Source of the DNA: Alphaproteobacteria bacterium
Lineage (GTDB): Bacteria; Pseudomonadota; Alphaproteobacteria; MPNO01; UBA830
Assembly: GCA_964291215.2 (NCBI GenBank)
Contig: OZ219790.1
Span: 1,504,001 to 1,568,000, forward strand
Reading direction: 5' to 3'
DNA: 64,000 nucleotides
Numbering within the stretch: the first letter of the stretch is position 1; the number at the start of each line of letters is the position of its first letter. This document shows positions 1 to 10,830 of the stretch, piece after piece. Position numbers and translations under genes: made by a program. The notes beneath the pieces were generated by a model, which saw only the letters and a program-made list of their open reading frames with translations, did not search any database and was not told the origin of the DNA.

Positions 1-427
1 CGAGGGCGTTGAACGAGGTGAACGGGCCGTCGGCGACACGCACCTGCTCGCCGATGTCGAAGGTGATCGACGGCTTGGGTCGCTCGACGCCCTCGCGGAT
101 CTGGTTCTTGATGTTCAGGATGTCGCGCTCCGACAGCGGGCTCGGACGGTTGGCCGAGCCGACGAAGCCGGCGACCTTAGGCGTGTCGTTGACAAGATGC
201 CAGGCATCGTCGGTCATGTCCATCCTGATGAGCACGTAGCCGGGGAAGATCTTGCGCTCGGACTGGACCTTGGCGCCGCGGCGCATCTGCACCACCTCTT
301 CGGTCGGCACCATGACCTCCTCGATGACGTCGTCGAGGCCGAGCTGGCGCGCCTGGTCGCGGATCGATTCGGCGACCCGGTTCTCGAAGCCGGAATAGGT
401 CTGGACGACGTACCAGTGGGCGGTCAT
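1..427 (-). CDS. nusG: Transcription termination/antitermination factor NusG (3' end runs off window)
   Basis: Manual translation from ATG at 427: MTAHWYVVQTYSGFENRVAESIR...RKIFPGYVL...TPKVAGFVG; start overlaps secE stop (ATGA). Confidence 0.96.
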   Translation of the reverse strand, partial: MTAHWYVVQTYSGFENRVAESIRDQARQLGLDDVIEEVMVPTEEVVQMRRGAKVQSERKIFPGYVLIRMDMTDDAWHLVNDTPKVAGFVGSANRPSPLSERDILNIKNQIREGVERPKPSITFDIGEQVRVADGPFTSFNAL

Positions 428-627
428 GCGGCGCCTCCGAGTCCGAGAATCGCCTTGACGCCGACCGAGAGGACCTGGTCGACGGCGAGGAAGAAGATGG
501 CGGCGATGGTGACGAAGATGAACACCATCACCGTCGTGACCAGGGTTTCGCGACGCGTCGGCCACGTCACCCTCGACATCTCGCGCCGTACCTGCTGGAC
601 GAATTCGCCCGGATTGGTTCTTGCCAT
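424..627 (-). CDS. secE: Preprotein translocase subunit SecE
   Basis: 67 aa, F..QVRREM.RVTWPTRRE motif plus single TM helix; lies between tRNA-Trp and nusG. Confidence 0.96.
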   Translation of the reverse strand: MARTNPGEFVQQVRREMSRVTWPTRRETLVTTVMVFIFVTIAAIFFLAVDQVLSVGVKAILGLGGAA

Positions 628-692
628 CGGCTTTCCGTGCCTTCCCGGCCCCGGCGCGTCGCCACGGGCCGTTCCCGGCGATGTCCCGGAGG

Positions 693-768
693 TGGCAGGA
701 GTGGAGGGATTCGAACCCCCAACCCCCGGTTTTGGAGACCGGTGCTCTGCCAGTTGAGCTACACTCCT
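693..768 (-). tRNA. tRNA-Trp (CCA)
   Basis: 76-nt cloverleaf AGGAGTGTAGCTCAACTGGCAGAGC...CTCCAAA...GGTTCGAATCC...GCCA with encoded CCA end. Confidence 0.97.
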
Positions 769-804
769 GAGGTCATCGCCCCTGACTGCCGGCGTCTTGG
801 TGTT

Positions 805-1995
805 TTATTCGGTGATGGCGGCGACGACGCCGGCGCCGACGGTGCGTCCGCCCTCGCGGATTGCGAAGCGCAGCCCCTCGCTCATCGCAATCGGCGCGAT
901 CAGCTCGACCTCCATCGACACGTTGTCCCCCGGCATCACCATCTCCGTGCCCTCCGGAAGCGCAACCTGACCCGTCACGTCCGTCGTCCGGAAGTAAAAC
1001 TGCGGACGGTAGTTCGAAAAGAACGGCGTGTGACGGCCGCCCTCGTCCTTGGTCAGAACATACGCCTCCGCCTTGAACTTCGTGTGCGGACGTATCGAGC
1101 CCGGCGCCGCCAGAACCTGACCTCGCTCGACGCCGTCGCGGTCGACACCGCGCAGCAGACACCCGACATTGTCGCCAGCCTCGCCCAAATCCAGAAGCTT
1201 GCGGAACATCTCGACGCCCGTGACAACCGTCGACGACGTGTCGCGAATGCCCACAACCTCCACATTGTCGCCGACATTGATCACGCCGCACTCGATGCGG
1301 CCCGTCACCACCGTGCCACGGCCCGATATCGAGAACACGTCCTCGATCGGCATCAGAAACGGCTGGTCGCGCGGACGCTCGGGCTGCGGAACATACGAAT
1401 CCACAGCCTCCATCAGCGCAATCACAGAGCCCCGACCCTGCTCGCCGTCGCCGCCCTCGAGCGCCTCAAGCGCCGATCCCTGAATAACCGGGATGTCGTC
1501 GCCCGGAAAATCATACGAACTCAGAAGCTCGCGCACCTCAAGCTCCACAAGCTCCACAAGCTCCGGATCGTCAACCTGGTCAACCTTGTTCAGATACACG
1601 ACTATCGCCGGAACACCGACCTGACGCGCCAGAAGTATGTGCTCGCGCGTCTGCGGCATCGGACCGTCCGCCGCGCTCACAACCAGAATCGCCCCGTCCA
1701 TCTGCGCCGCGCCGGTGATCATGTTTTTCACATAGTCCGCGTGACCCGGACAGTCGACATGCGCGTAGTGACGATTCGACGTCTCGTACTCGACATGCGC
1801 CGTCGCAATCGTGATCCCGCGCTCGCGCTCCTCCGGCGCCTTGTCAATCTGGTCGTACGCCGTAAACTCCGCGCCGCCAGACTCCGCCAGAATCTTCGTA
1901 ATCGCCGCCGTCAACGTCGTCTTCCCATGGTCAACATGACCAATCGTACCGACGTTGCAGTGCGGCTTCGTACGCTCAAACTTCGCCTTCGCCAT
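805..1995 (-). CDS. tuf: Elongation factor Tu
   Basis: [48 protein letters not shown]; 396 aa. Confidence 0.99.
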   Translation of the reverse strand: MAKAKFERTKPHCNVGTIGHVDHGKTTLTAAITKILAESGGAEFTAYDQIDKAPEERERGITIATAHVEYETSNRHYAHVDCPGHADYVKNMITGAAQMDGAILVVSAADGPMPQTREHILLARQVGVPAIVVYLNKVDQVDDPELVELVELEVRELLSSYDFPGDDIPVIQGSALEALEGGDGEQGRGSVIALMEAVDSYVPQPERPRDQPFLMPIEDVFSISGRGTVVTGRIECGVINVGDNVEVVGIRDTSSTVVTGVEMFRKLLDLGEAGDNVGCLLRGVDRDGVERGQVLAAPGSIRPHTKFKAEAYVLTKDEGGRHTPFFSNYRPQFYFRTTDVTGQVALPEGTEMVMPGDNVSMEVELIAPIAMSEGLRFAIREGGRTVGAGVVAAITE

Positions 1996-2072
1996 TGCCG
2001 TGTTCCCGTCTTCGAGTAAGCTTCAAACGCCTGACATCCCCGTCGCGGCCGTCAGGCGGCATTCCGTATGGC

Positions 2073-2146
2073 TGGAGCGGGTGAAGGGAATCGAACCCTC
2101 GTCGTAAGCTTGGAAGGCTTCTGCTCTGCCATTGAGCTACACCCGC
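2073..2146 (-). tRNA. tRNA-Gly (TCC)
   Basis: 74-nt GCGGGTGTAGCTCAATGGCAGAGC...CTTCCAA...GGTTCGATTCC...TCCA. Confidence 0.97.
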
Positions 2147-2249
2147 TCTGCATTGGTGGAGCCGCCGGTTTCCGGCATGCCAATGGCGCCCGCCCGTCCA
2201 CGCGCGCCGTCCGGCTGCATCCTTTTCTTTTCTTCCTGTCCGGGCGGCC

Positions 2250-2334
2250 TGGTGGAGGGAGTTGGATTCGAACCAACGTAGGCATAGCCAACGGGTTTAC
2301 AGCCCGTCCCCTTTAACCACTCGGGCATCCCTCC
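2250..2334 (-). tRNA. tRNA-Tyr (GTA)
   Basis: 85-nt type II tRNA GGAGGGATGCCCGAGTGGTTAAAGGGG...CTGTAAA...GGTTCGAATCC...ACCA. Confidence 0.97.
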
Positions 2335-2362
2335 AGCTCAGCGACCCGCGCCGGAACGTACA

Positions 2363-2391
2363 AGGATAGGAAACCTGCCGCCCGTTGTCAA
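2363..2391 (-). promoter_or_regulatory. Sigma70-type promoter of the tRNA-Tyr/Gly-tuf operon
   Basis: Minus strand TTGACA (2391-2386), 17-nt spacer, TATCCT (2368-2363), about 30 nt upstream of tRNA-Tyr. Confidence 0.75.
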
Positions 2392-2553
2392 CAAGCAAAG
2401 GCAAAGCAACCGCAGGCCCTGCAGCGCGCCCGACCACAGGGTCCACGGGCCGATTTGCCCGTTTCATGAATGCAGTCTAGGCTGATTCGGTCGCCAACGC
2501 AACCCGAAAATCGCCCCATCGTGAATATTGTCGACGACGGCCCGGCCCGCCGC

Positions 2554-3363
2554 ATGCGCAGGCGCCCGCGGCGGCGCAAAAGCGCGCCGTCCGGCGGCCG
2601 CGCCGGCGCCGCGCCCTACTGGCTCTACGGGACCCATCCTGTCGCCGCGGCGCTCGCCAACCCCGGCCGCCGGGTGCGCCGGCTCGCCACCGCCGGGGGC
2701 GCCGCGCCCGGCGGCGCAGCCGCGCGCACCGAAACCGTGACCGCGGCCGAGCTCGCGGCGCTGCTGCCCCCGGGCGCCGTCCATCAGGGCGTCGCCGCGC
2801 TCGTCGATCCGCTGCCGGTGCCGGCGCTCGACGATATCCTGGCGGCGCTTCCCGCCGACGCCGGCACGGTCGTCGTCGCGCTCGACCAGGTCACCGATCC
2901 GCGCAATGTCGGCGCAGTGCTGCGCTCGGCCGCGGCCTTCGCCACCGCCGTCGTGCTCGCCACCGGCCGCCACGCGCCCGAAGAGGGCGGCGCGCTGGCC
3001 AAGGCCGCTTCCGGTGCCCTCGAGACGGTGCCGGTTGTCCGGCCCGCCAATCTAGCGCGCGCGCTGCGGCAGCTGAAGGCTGCCGGGTTCTGGATCGTCG
3101 GGCTCGACATGGCGGCCCCGCTCGCGCTCGGCAGCGCCGAGCTTCCCGGGCGCTGCGCGTTCGTGCTCGGCGCCGAGAGGCGCGGCCTCCGGCAACTCAC
3201 GCGCGAGTGTTGCGATCTTGCGGTGCGCGTCCCGACACCCGGCGCGATGGAGAGCCTCAACGTGTCGGCGACCGCCGCGGTGGCCCTGTATGAATGGGTG
3301 CGCCAGGCGAATATAGTGCCCGCCATCTCCGGCCCCGCCGCCGCGCCGCGGACCGGACCCTGA
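2554..3363 (+). CDS. rlmB: TrmH/SPOUT-family 23S rRNA (Gm2251) 2'-O-methyltransferase RlmB (start could be 2521)
   Basis: WLYGTHPV, HQGVAA, LDQVTDPRNVGAVLRSA, VLGAE..GLR, ESLNVS; divergent from tRNA-Tyr as in alphaproteobacteria. Confidence 0.9.
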   Translation: MRRRPRRRKSAPSGGRAGAAPYWLYGTHPVAAALANPGRRVRRLATAGGAAPGGAAARTETVTAAELAALLPPGAVHQGVAALVDPLPVPALDDILAALPADAGTVVVALDQVTDPRNVGAVLRSAAAFATAVVLATGRHAPEEGGALAKAASGALETVPVVRPANLARALRQLKAAGFWIVGLDMAAPLALGSAELPGRCAFVLGAERRGLRQLTRECCDLAVRVPTPGAMESLNVSATAAVALYEWVRQANIVPAISGPAAAPRTGP

Positions 3364-3372
3364 CCGCGATCC

Positions 3373-5748
3373 GTGAAGGAGACACGCTTGACCGCCCACC
3401 CCAAGCTCGCGCCCGCCGCCGCCGCCGGCCCCTTCGGCCAGCCCGTCCGCCGCATCGAGGACCCGGCGCTACTCACCGGGCGCGGCCGGTTCGCCGACGA
3501 CATCCACCTTCCCGGCATGCTGCACGCCGCCTTCGTGCGCAGCCCGTTCGCTCATGCCCGCGTCGGCGCCGTCGACGCGGCCGCCGCGCGGGCGCTGCCG
3601 GGCGTGCATGCCGTCTTCACGATGACAGATCTCGCGCCGCGGCTAACCTCTTCCGTGCTCGCCGTCGGCATGCCGAGCAAGGACTACCGCCAGACCCGCG
3701 ACCGACCGATTCTCGCCGACCGCGAGGTCTGCCATGTCGGAGAACCGGTCGCCGTCGTCGCCGCCAAGGACCGCTATGTCGCCGAGGACGCCGCGGCGCT
3801 GGTGGCGGTGGCGTTCGATCCGCTGCCCGTCTCCGCGGATCTGGAGACGGCGGCCCGGCCCGGCGCGCCGCTTGCCCACGAGGATGCGCCGCACAACATC
3901 GTCGCGGAGTTCGAGACCGGCTACGGCGACGCCGCGGCGGTGATGGCGGGTGCGGCGCACACGGTTTGCGGACGGTTCGCGATCCACAAGGGCCTCGGCA
4001 TGGCGATCGAGGGGCGCGGCGTGGTGGCGCGCCACGATCCGCTCGAGGACCTGCTCACGGTGTGGCTGGGGACGCAGATGCCGCACATGGCGCACCGCAC
4101 GCTGGTGCGGCTTCTCGGGCGGAGCGAGACCGACACCCGCGTAGTCACGCCCGACATCGGCGGCGGGTTCGGGCCCAAGCTGGTGTTTTATCCCGAGGAT
4201 GTCGCGGTGGCAGCTGCGGCGCTGGCTCTTGACGCGCCGGTCAAGTGGATCGAGGACCGCCGCGAGCATTTCACGACATCGACGCAGGAGCGCGACCAGA
4301 TCTGGGACATGGAGCTCGGCGTCGACGGCGACGGCCGCATTCTCGGTGTGCGCGGCGCGATGCTGCACGACCACGGCGCCTATACCGCGCGCGGCGTCAA
4401 TGTCGCCCAGAACGCGGCGAGCATCGTGCCCGGACCCTACGAGGTGCCGGCCTACCATCTCGACGTGAAGCTGGTGCTGACCAACCGGCCGTGTGTGACG
4501 CCGGTGCGCGGCGCCGGCTACCCGCAGGGATGCTTCGTGATGGAGCGGCTGCTCGACCGGGCGGCGGCGGCGCTCGGGCTCGGGCGCGACGAGATCCGCC
4601 GGCGCAACCTGATCCGGCCCGGGGACATGCCCTATGTGCGGCCGCTCGCGACCCGCGCCGACCCGTCGGTGACGATCGACGAGGCGGATTTCCCGAAATG
4701 CCTGGAGACCGCGCTGGAGGCGGCGCGGTGGAAGGAGTTTCCGGCGCGGCAGGCGGCCGCGGCCGCCGAGGGCCAGAAGATCGGAATCGGGTTGGCAGCC
4801 TATCTCAAGGGCTCCGGCCGCGGCCCATTCGAGGCGGCGACCGTGCGGGTCGGTCCATCCGGGCGCGTCAATGTCGTCTCGGGCGTTTCCGCCATCGGCC
4901 AGGGCACGCGCACCATGCTCGCGCAGATCGTCGCCCAGGCCCTCGGCGTCGCGATGTCGGAGGTCGATGTCGTGACCGGCGACACGGCGCGCATCCCCTA
5001 CGGCATGGGCGCGGCGTCAAGCCGCCAAGCAGTGACCGCGGGATCCTCGGCGCGCGCGGCTGCCGTTGAGGTGCGCGAAAAGGCGATCCGCGTAGCCGCG
5101 GACTTGCTCGAGGTCGGAATCGACGATCTCGAGATCGTCGACGGTCGCGTGCACGTGAAGGGCGTGCCCGGGATGGACATCGGTCTCGGAGAGATCGCGA
5201 CGCGGCTGGCCGGGGCGGCGACCGGGTTCGCGCTGCCGGCTGGCGAAGGCCCGGGCCTCGAGTTCACCGCCGCCGAGCCCATCGAGGGGCTGGCGTTCTC
5301 CAACGGTGCGCATGTCGCCGAGGTCGAGGTCGACGCCGGAACCGGCGAAGTGCGGGTGCTGAACTACGTGATCGCGCACGATTGCGGGGTGATGATCAAT
5401 CCGCTCGTGATCGACGGGCAGGTCGCAGGCGGCGCCGCGCACGGGCTGGGCTTTGCGCTGTTCGAGAAGATGATCTGGGACGGCGAGGCCCAGCCGCAGT
5501 CGACCAATCTCGCGGAGTACCTTGTGCCCGGCTCGATGGAGGTTCCCGATATCGCCATCGAGCACATCGTCGTGCCGTCGTCGCAGAATCCGCTCGGCGT
5601 GAAGGGCGTCGGAGAAAGCGGGCTGGTGCCGGTGCCGGCCGCAATAGCATCCGCGATCGAGGATGCCCTGTCCGATGACGGCGTCGGCCTGTCGACAATC
5701 CCGCTCGCGCCTGGCGACCTGCTGGCGCTGATGCAGGATTGCGCCTGA
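3373..5748 (+). CDS. Xanthine dehydrogenase/CoxL-family molybdopterin large subunit (stand-alone)
   Basis: R.EDPALLTGRGRFADD, GGGFGPK, active-site loop PVRGAGYPQ, GQGTRT, GVKGVGE; not the form I CODH motif AYxCSFR. Confidence 0.92.
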   Translation: MKETRLTAHPKLAPAAAAGPFGQPVRRIEDPALLTGRGRFADDIHLPGMLHAAFVRSPFAHARVGAVDAAAARALPGVHAVFTMTDLAPRLTSSVLAVGMPSKDYRQTRDRPILADREVCHVGEPVAVVAAKDRYVAEDAAALVAVAFDPLPVSADLETAARPGAPLAHEDAPHNIVAEFETGYGDAAAVMAGAAHTVCGRFAIHKGLGMAIEGRGVVARHDPLEDLLTVWLGTQMPHMAHRTLVRLLGRSETDTRVVTPDIGGGFGPKLVFYPEDVAVAAAALALDAPVKWIEDRREHFTTSTQERDQIWDMELGVDGDGRILGVRGAMLHDHGAYTARGVNVAQNAASIVPGPYEVPAYHLDVKLVLTNRPCVTPVRGAGYPQGCFVMERLLDRAAAALGLGRDEIRRRNLIRPGDMPYVRPLATRADPSVTIDEADFPKCLETALEAARWKEFPARQAAAAAEGQKIGIGLAAYLKGSGRGPFEAATVRVGPSGRVNVVSGVSAIGQGTRTMLAQIVAQALGVAMSEVDVVTGDTARIPYGMGAASSRQAVTAGSSARAAAVEVREKAIRVAADLLEVGIDDLEIVDGRVHVKGVPGMDIGLGEIATRLAGAATGFALPAGEGPGLEFTAAEPIEGLAFSNGAHVAEVEVDAGTGEVRVLNYVIAHDCGVMINPLVIDGQVAGGAAHGLGFALFEKMIWDGEAQPQSTNLAEYLVPGSMEVPDIAIEHIVVPSSQNPLGVKGVGESGLVPVPAAIASAIEDALSDDGVGLSTIPLAPGDLLALMQDCA

Positions 5749-6007
5749 ACCGGGGCGGCAAGGTTCAGCGCATCGGTTTCTGCGGATTGCTGCATACCTA
5801 ACCGCGATTCCGGCCACATTTGACCACGGTCCCAAGCTGGTCGGATCGACCGCGGCCCCGCTTCTTTCAATGGTACACTGTAGAATCTATGTTGGCGTAG
5901 TCGCGCATAGCCCGGTAGTTTTCAGTGAACAAGATCAGGTATCCTTCCGTCGCGGTAGGAATGCGCATTACTGCGCACCCCCCGCACAGATCCGGACTTG
6001 GACGCTA

Positions 6008-6822
6008 GGTTGTGTACCCAAATGTTGACATTTTGCATGATCTGCCTTATTCCTGTCGAAAGCGATTCACAAGGAAAATGAGGGATTAGCGGCGACCGAC
6101 ACGACATCAGCGACGCGGAATGGGAAGTTCTCCGCTCAGTGCTTCCTGACAAGCACCAGGGCCCGGAGCGGGTGCATGACCGGAGGGTCATGAACGGGAT
6201 ATTCTTCGTGCTTCGCACCGGTACGCCGTGGCGCGACCTGCGCTACGGTTCGTCTGCTTCAACCGCTTCAACCGGTGGAGCAAGACGGCACCTGGGCATG
6301 GAGAAGCTTCAAAGGCTTACGAGCGATGGTGACGGGAGCGACGATGGCCCGCCGGTTCATCTGCGCATGGTCGACTCCTCGTCGGTGCGCGTTCACAAGC
6401 TGGGGTGTCCCGGGACGACGAGCCTTCGCAAATCGGGCCGTGGCGGACGAACGACGAAGGTCCATCTTGGCGAGAACGAGAGGGTGAAGACCGTGTTCCT
6501 GACCCCGGGCCAAGCGGCCGACTGCGCACAGGCGCTTCTCGCCGACCTCGGGCGAGACGGTGGTCGGCGACAAGACACCGACGCCATCTGATCGAGACGG
6601 CAGGAGCAACCGCGATCATGAAATCCAACCGGACATCGCCCCGGCCGCTTGACCGCGAGATCTACAGGATTCGCAACCTGATCGAGCGGTTCTTCGGTAA
6701 GATCAAGGAGTTCCGACGGGTCGCCACCCGTTATGACAAGGAACTTCCTCTCCGCCGTGCAACTGGCTGCCAGCCGATTCTTGCTCCGCAGAATCGTAAA
6801 CCAATTATTTGAGTCCACAGCC
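6008..6822 (+). mobile_element. IS5-family (IS427-like) insertion sequence, frameshifted
   Basis: IRs GGTTGTGTACCCAAAT / ATTTGAGTCCACAGCC, both ends in CTAG context (TA duplication 6006-6007 and 6823-6824); RHDISDAEWEVL, GIFFVLRTGTPWRDL, MVDSSSVRVH, YRIRNLIERFFGKIKEFRRVATRYDK. Confidence 0.9.
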
Positions 6823-6829
6823 TAGTCCA

Positions 6830-8042
6830 TCCGGCCTCGGGTGCTTGACGGCAAACCGCTGGTCCGGCCATGGGTGACGGATGCACGGCCAAAGAAGTTC
6901 GGTCATGCGCTCCAATCGCTTCCAGTTGAAGCGGTGGCGTTGGGAGCGGCGGCGTATCGCCCGCATCCACCGGCGTTTCAGCCTCTGACGGAACGTGTAC
7001 AGCCAGGGACGGCGAAGTAGTTGAGCCAGCCTTGACAGACTCGCCACTTGCCGACCTCCCATATGTCGTAGTGCCATCGTTTGCGAAGCCCCTCCTCGAT
7101 GCGGGTCCTTGCGACCCGTTTTGCGACCGAGCCTGAACCGTCCTGTCCGGGTCCTCGTGCAGAAGTGCCTGAAACCCAGGAAGTCGAACCCGCGCTTCCG
7201 GCAGTTCGCCATGGCGAACCGGCCGAACTCGACAAGACGAGTCTTGTCCGGGTGAGACCAAAGCGGCCTTTCCCGAACATCGCGAAGGTATTGCTCCGCA
7301 TCCCGCTTGTGCTGAAACCCGACCACGATATCGTCCCGGACAATGATCGCTTGACCGTCCGGAACCTTCGGACGCCTTGTGAAACCACAGATCAAGCACG
7401 TAGTGCAGGAATATGTTCGCAGGGACTGACAATCGCGCCCTGCGGCGTCCCGACACCGGTGTCGCTCCATGGACGCCAGCGTTCAGCCACTTGCGGATCA
7501 GCACCCGCCTGTCGCGGTACTCGAGGAACGTAATCAACCAATCCCCGTGTCGAAGTATGCCCGAATGTCCGCATCAACAATCCAGTTGACCTTGCGCCGT
7601 TCGATCCCGAACGCCAGGGCGTCGAGAGCGCCCCTCGGCCCGAACCCGTAGCCAGGGAACTCCACCTCGTAGATCGGTGTCAGGATCACATCCACAACTG
7701 CCTTCCGGACGATCTTGTCCTCCAGTGCAGCAAGCGGTCGTATCCCGGCTTGGACCCACTGGCGACGCCCGGTACGCTCCCCCGCAGGCGCGAGTGCAAG
7801 TCGAGCAGGCGCTCGTCCAGATCTTCGCCGTCACGCCCCCTGCCGCGGCTTCCTTCTTCAGGCCAACCGGAGTGCATCCGGCGTGGTGGAAGAGCGCACA
7901 CTCCTTCGGGTTCCTCTTTGCAGCTCCGGTCCGCCTTCTGTGGCACCCGACTCTGTGTTCGGCGCGTGCTTTGGCGTCCCGAATTCCCCTTGGTTGAGGC
8001 CCTTTCCTCCTCCGCAGAAGCTTCCTTGTTCGCCGCCTTCAC
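6830..8042 (-). pseudogene. Group II intron reverse transcriptase/maturase (multiple frameshifts, no endonuclease domain)
   Basis: Fragments GTPQGAIVSP, NIFLHYVLDLWF, IIVR[YA missing]DDIVVGF, HPDKTRLVEFGRFA, FDFLGF, GWLNYFAVPG, HPWPDQRFAVKHPR. Confidence 0.88.
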
Positions 8043-10365
8043 AGGGCCCCTTCTTCAAACCGTTCGTCACAGGCTTTCTCCTTCCCTACACGGTCCCGAC
8101 AGGCGGGATAGTTTGAAGATCTCCCAGGGTCCCAACAAAAGGCGTACGGACGGGTTCTTGGACACCGCGGGGCTCATCTCACCATACCGATGTCTGCGAT
8201 GTTGCCTTCGACCACTCTGAAAGCCTCGGCACCCCGAATCATCCCTTTTTCGGTGCTCATTAGCCCCGCTACCGACGCTTCGCCTGCCCCCTCACGGGGA
8301 CCGACGCTCGCGGAGAAACGTGGTTTGGTTACTCCTTCGTTTCAGGGGACTTACACCCCCTACCTTCTGCCAGTTCGCCTGGCGCACCAGAGTTTGTGGG
8401 TGCCCGGCTGGCGCGGGATGAATCCGGCGAGGCGCCCGGTGCTGACGGCGAACTCCGCGATCGCCTGGGCCGCGTTGCCTGCGGTGGTTCGGTATGTGGA
8501 CGGCGAGGACATGGATCTCGTGGACGATCGTGCGCGCCGGCATGCGCTCCGCGCGAGGATGACGGTGCATGCAGTAATGGCAGGCGAGGCACTTCTTCAG
8601 GTCGTCGGCGGCGTTGAGCCCCTTGATCCGCGTTCCGGTCTTGACGGCCGCGAACCACTCTCAGCCAGCGTTTCCAGGCGCGGATCGCGTTCTCCTGCGT
8701 GGGCTCACCTTCGGTGGTCAGGAGCAACCAGCCGGTCCTGTCGGCGGCGTCTTCTCCAGGACGCGCACTGCGAGCATGGTGAGTGGGGCCGTGCCCAGGG
8801 CGGGACAAGGTCGACGACCGCAGCTTGTTGCGCCCCTTGCGCGTCCGGGGGCCGCCATAGGTCGATCGCCTTCTCCGCGACGACATCCAATTCGGCCGCG
8901 AACAGGTCTCTGGCCTTGCCGTCCGCCGTGATGGCCCGCTCGAACGGCTGGCGCGGACCAGGAGCCGCCGGGCGCGGCGGCCTCCGACAGAAGAGACCAC
9001 ATGTCGCCCTTACGGTCGCAGACGGGCGAGTTCGTGGACAGGCCAGCTCGGCGAAGGCGTCCGTCCGCTTTCCTCGCCCGCCGTTGCCTTGTCCTCCGCG
9101 CGGAATCAAGGCTGAATACCCCCGGTGCGCAGCCGCTGAACGCAACGCCGACATGAGCCCCTTGCTTCCGGAGCCGCCGATGTCGACAAGGCCCTGCGTC
9201 GCCTCGCTGCAGTTCAGCATCCCTGAACCGCAACAGACTGGCTGCGGCAACGCATCGCCTCCTGATGCGGCTGTCTTGCATGCCGATCCTCGGGTTCGAC
9301 AGGAACCTGCAAGCCGCTCCGCCTCGCCGGGAAAGATCACCGGCGCACCCGGACGACCGAACCAGACCTCGCCCATCGTGACAAGGCGCTGTGCGCGCTC
9401 CGTCCGTACTCCGCCATCCTCCCTCGACGCGGGCCTGAACCGATCACCCGGCCCGCCCGAGAGACCAGTCCGCCGACAGCGGCTTCACGTACACCCGCAA
9501 CCCCTTGCAGCACGCCGCCGCACGGTAGGCTCCGCACCCACGTAGTTGCACCCACGTAGCTGTACGTCAGGCGAACACCGTAGCGCTCCTCCCGGTCACG
9601 CGACCATGGAACAGCGCCACGGACGCAAGCCCGTGGACGCCGGGAAGAAACCTGTCATTGTTGACAACCCGCCCGATGTTGGCGTCCCGCGCCGCCAGCC
9701 GATGTGGAGGTCCCGCGCCTTGTGATGCCAGGACGCAGCGCCAGGCCGCCGAGGACGCCGTGCAGGGACGAGAGAATCCAGTAGCGGATGCCCGGGACAG
9801 GCCGCGTCGGGATGGTGCGATGCCATCATCGACCGCGCCAGCGACTTGTCCTCGTCGGCAACCGGAACCACGCCAAGATCGCCGAGACGGCACGACAGGT
9901 GTCTGTCGGGATAATCCGGCGACGGGGCCAGGGACTCCGGGGTCACCGAGCCTCCGGCAGACCGAGTGCGGCGGAGAACTTCGGAAGCGCGGCCGAGGCA
10001 TAGTTCTCCCTTCGCGTTCCGCCAGTCCTCACGCTCGCAGAGCTCAGGAAGGTCCGCGTGCAATCCCCGGCGCCAAGCCGTGCCTTCAGCCAGTCAACCG
10101 TCTCGCCACCATGATGTCGCAGGCCGATTCTCATGGAACCGTATATACGGCGTCAGTTGATTCGAGTCAATGGTGATAAGTTGAAAGGCTCCGCTTCTCT
10201 CCCGGTTTTCGGTGGTGTTCCTTCCGTAGTTGCTGGCAGCAGGGGCTGGCCGCCCATCGTCTTTGACGGGTCGGGAGCATGCGGACAGGCGCTGTCGGTT
10301 TCAGCCAAATCAGTGGCACCGCGCGACAGCTGCCGTCCGAGCTGCAGTGGCACCGGCCGAAATTG

Positions 10366-10830
10366 TCACTTTGTCTGTTGGTCTGCTTGTCGTTGTCCGA
10401 GATGAGAGACCTCGATGCCTCCCCATTTGTCGTTCAGATACTCCGCTACCAATCGGCGATGGCAATGATGGGGCTTGTCCTCACTGCACAGCAGGCATCC
10501 ATCCGCAACGACTTCCTCGGGAACGGTGCTTTCGATCCGGCGCTGGCGCATGAGCTCAAGAAAGCGGGCCTCATAGGTCTCCCAGTTACTGCCGCCCTTC
10601 CTATACTCGTCCAGAATTTCCTTCGTGGGCGCAAGCTCAGGCAGGTGAACGTACTCCATTCCGCAGATCTTGGCGAGGAAAAATGCGAGGTCGTCACGCT
10701 TTGCAAAACCTGAAAGTTGCGACATGTTGTTGAGCCGAACGTCCACCACGCGCCGCGCGCCGGACGCACGCAGCAGACCAAAGAACCGGTCCGCCGACTT
10801 CCTAGTAAAGCCGATAGTATAGATCTTCAC
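10366..10830 (-). CDS. DUF488-family protein (short form)
   Basis: IYTIGFT.KSA..FF.LL, VVDVRLNN.SQLSGFAK.DDL, CLLCSEDKPHHCHRRLVAEYL. Confidence 0.9.
   Translation of the reverse strand: MKIYTIGFTRKSADRFFGLLRASGARRVVDVRLNNMSQLSGFAKRDDLAFFLAKICGMEYVHLPELAPTKEILDEYRKGGSNWETYEARFLELMRQRRIESTVPEEVVADGCLLCSEDKPHHCHRRLVAEYLNDKWGGIEVSHLGQRQADQQTK

Larger units (their letters stand above)
5949..8387 (-). mobile_element. Group II intron (bacterial class E-like) with decayed RT/maturase ORF
   Basis: 5' end GTGCGCCAGG at 8387; 3' end DV-DVI ...GTCCGGATCTGTGCGGGGGGTGCGCAGTAATGCGCATTCCTACCGCGAC ending 5949; removing it restores the IS4 transposase frame. Confidence 0.9.
5864..10187 (-). mobile_element. 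IS4-family (Tn5/IS50-like) element with N-terminal DUF4338 domain; degraded, interrupted by a group II intron
   Basis: Ends CTTTCAA (5864) / TTGAAAG (10187); 9-bp flanks GCCCCGCTT (5855-5863) and GCTCCGCTT (10188-10196); fragments LCEREDWRNAKG, NIGRVVNNDRF, WLLLTTEG, DDLKKCLA; C-terminal PGTHKLW|EGYL...* rejoins across the intron. Confidence 0.82.

Noticed and set aside
6830-8042. Retron, DGR or defence-associated reverse transcriptase
   Set aside because: Enclosed by a GUGCG 5' end and DV/DVI 3' end with a maturase-type C-terminus; no template/variable repeat pair or msr-msd
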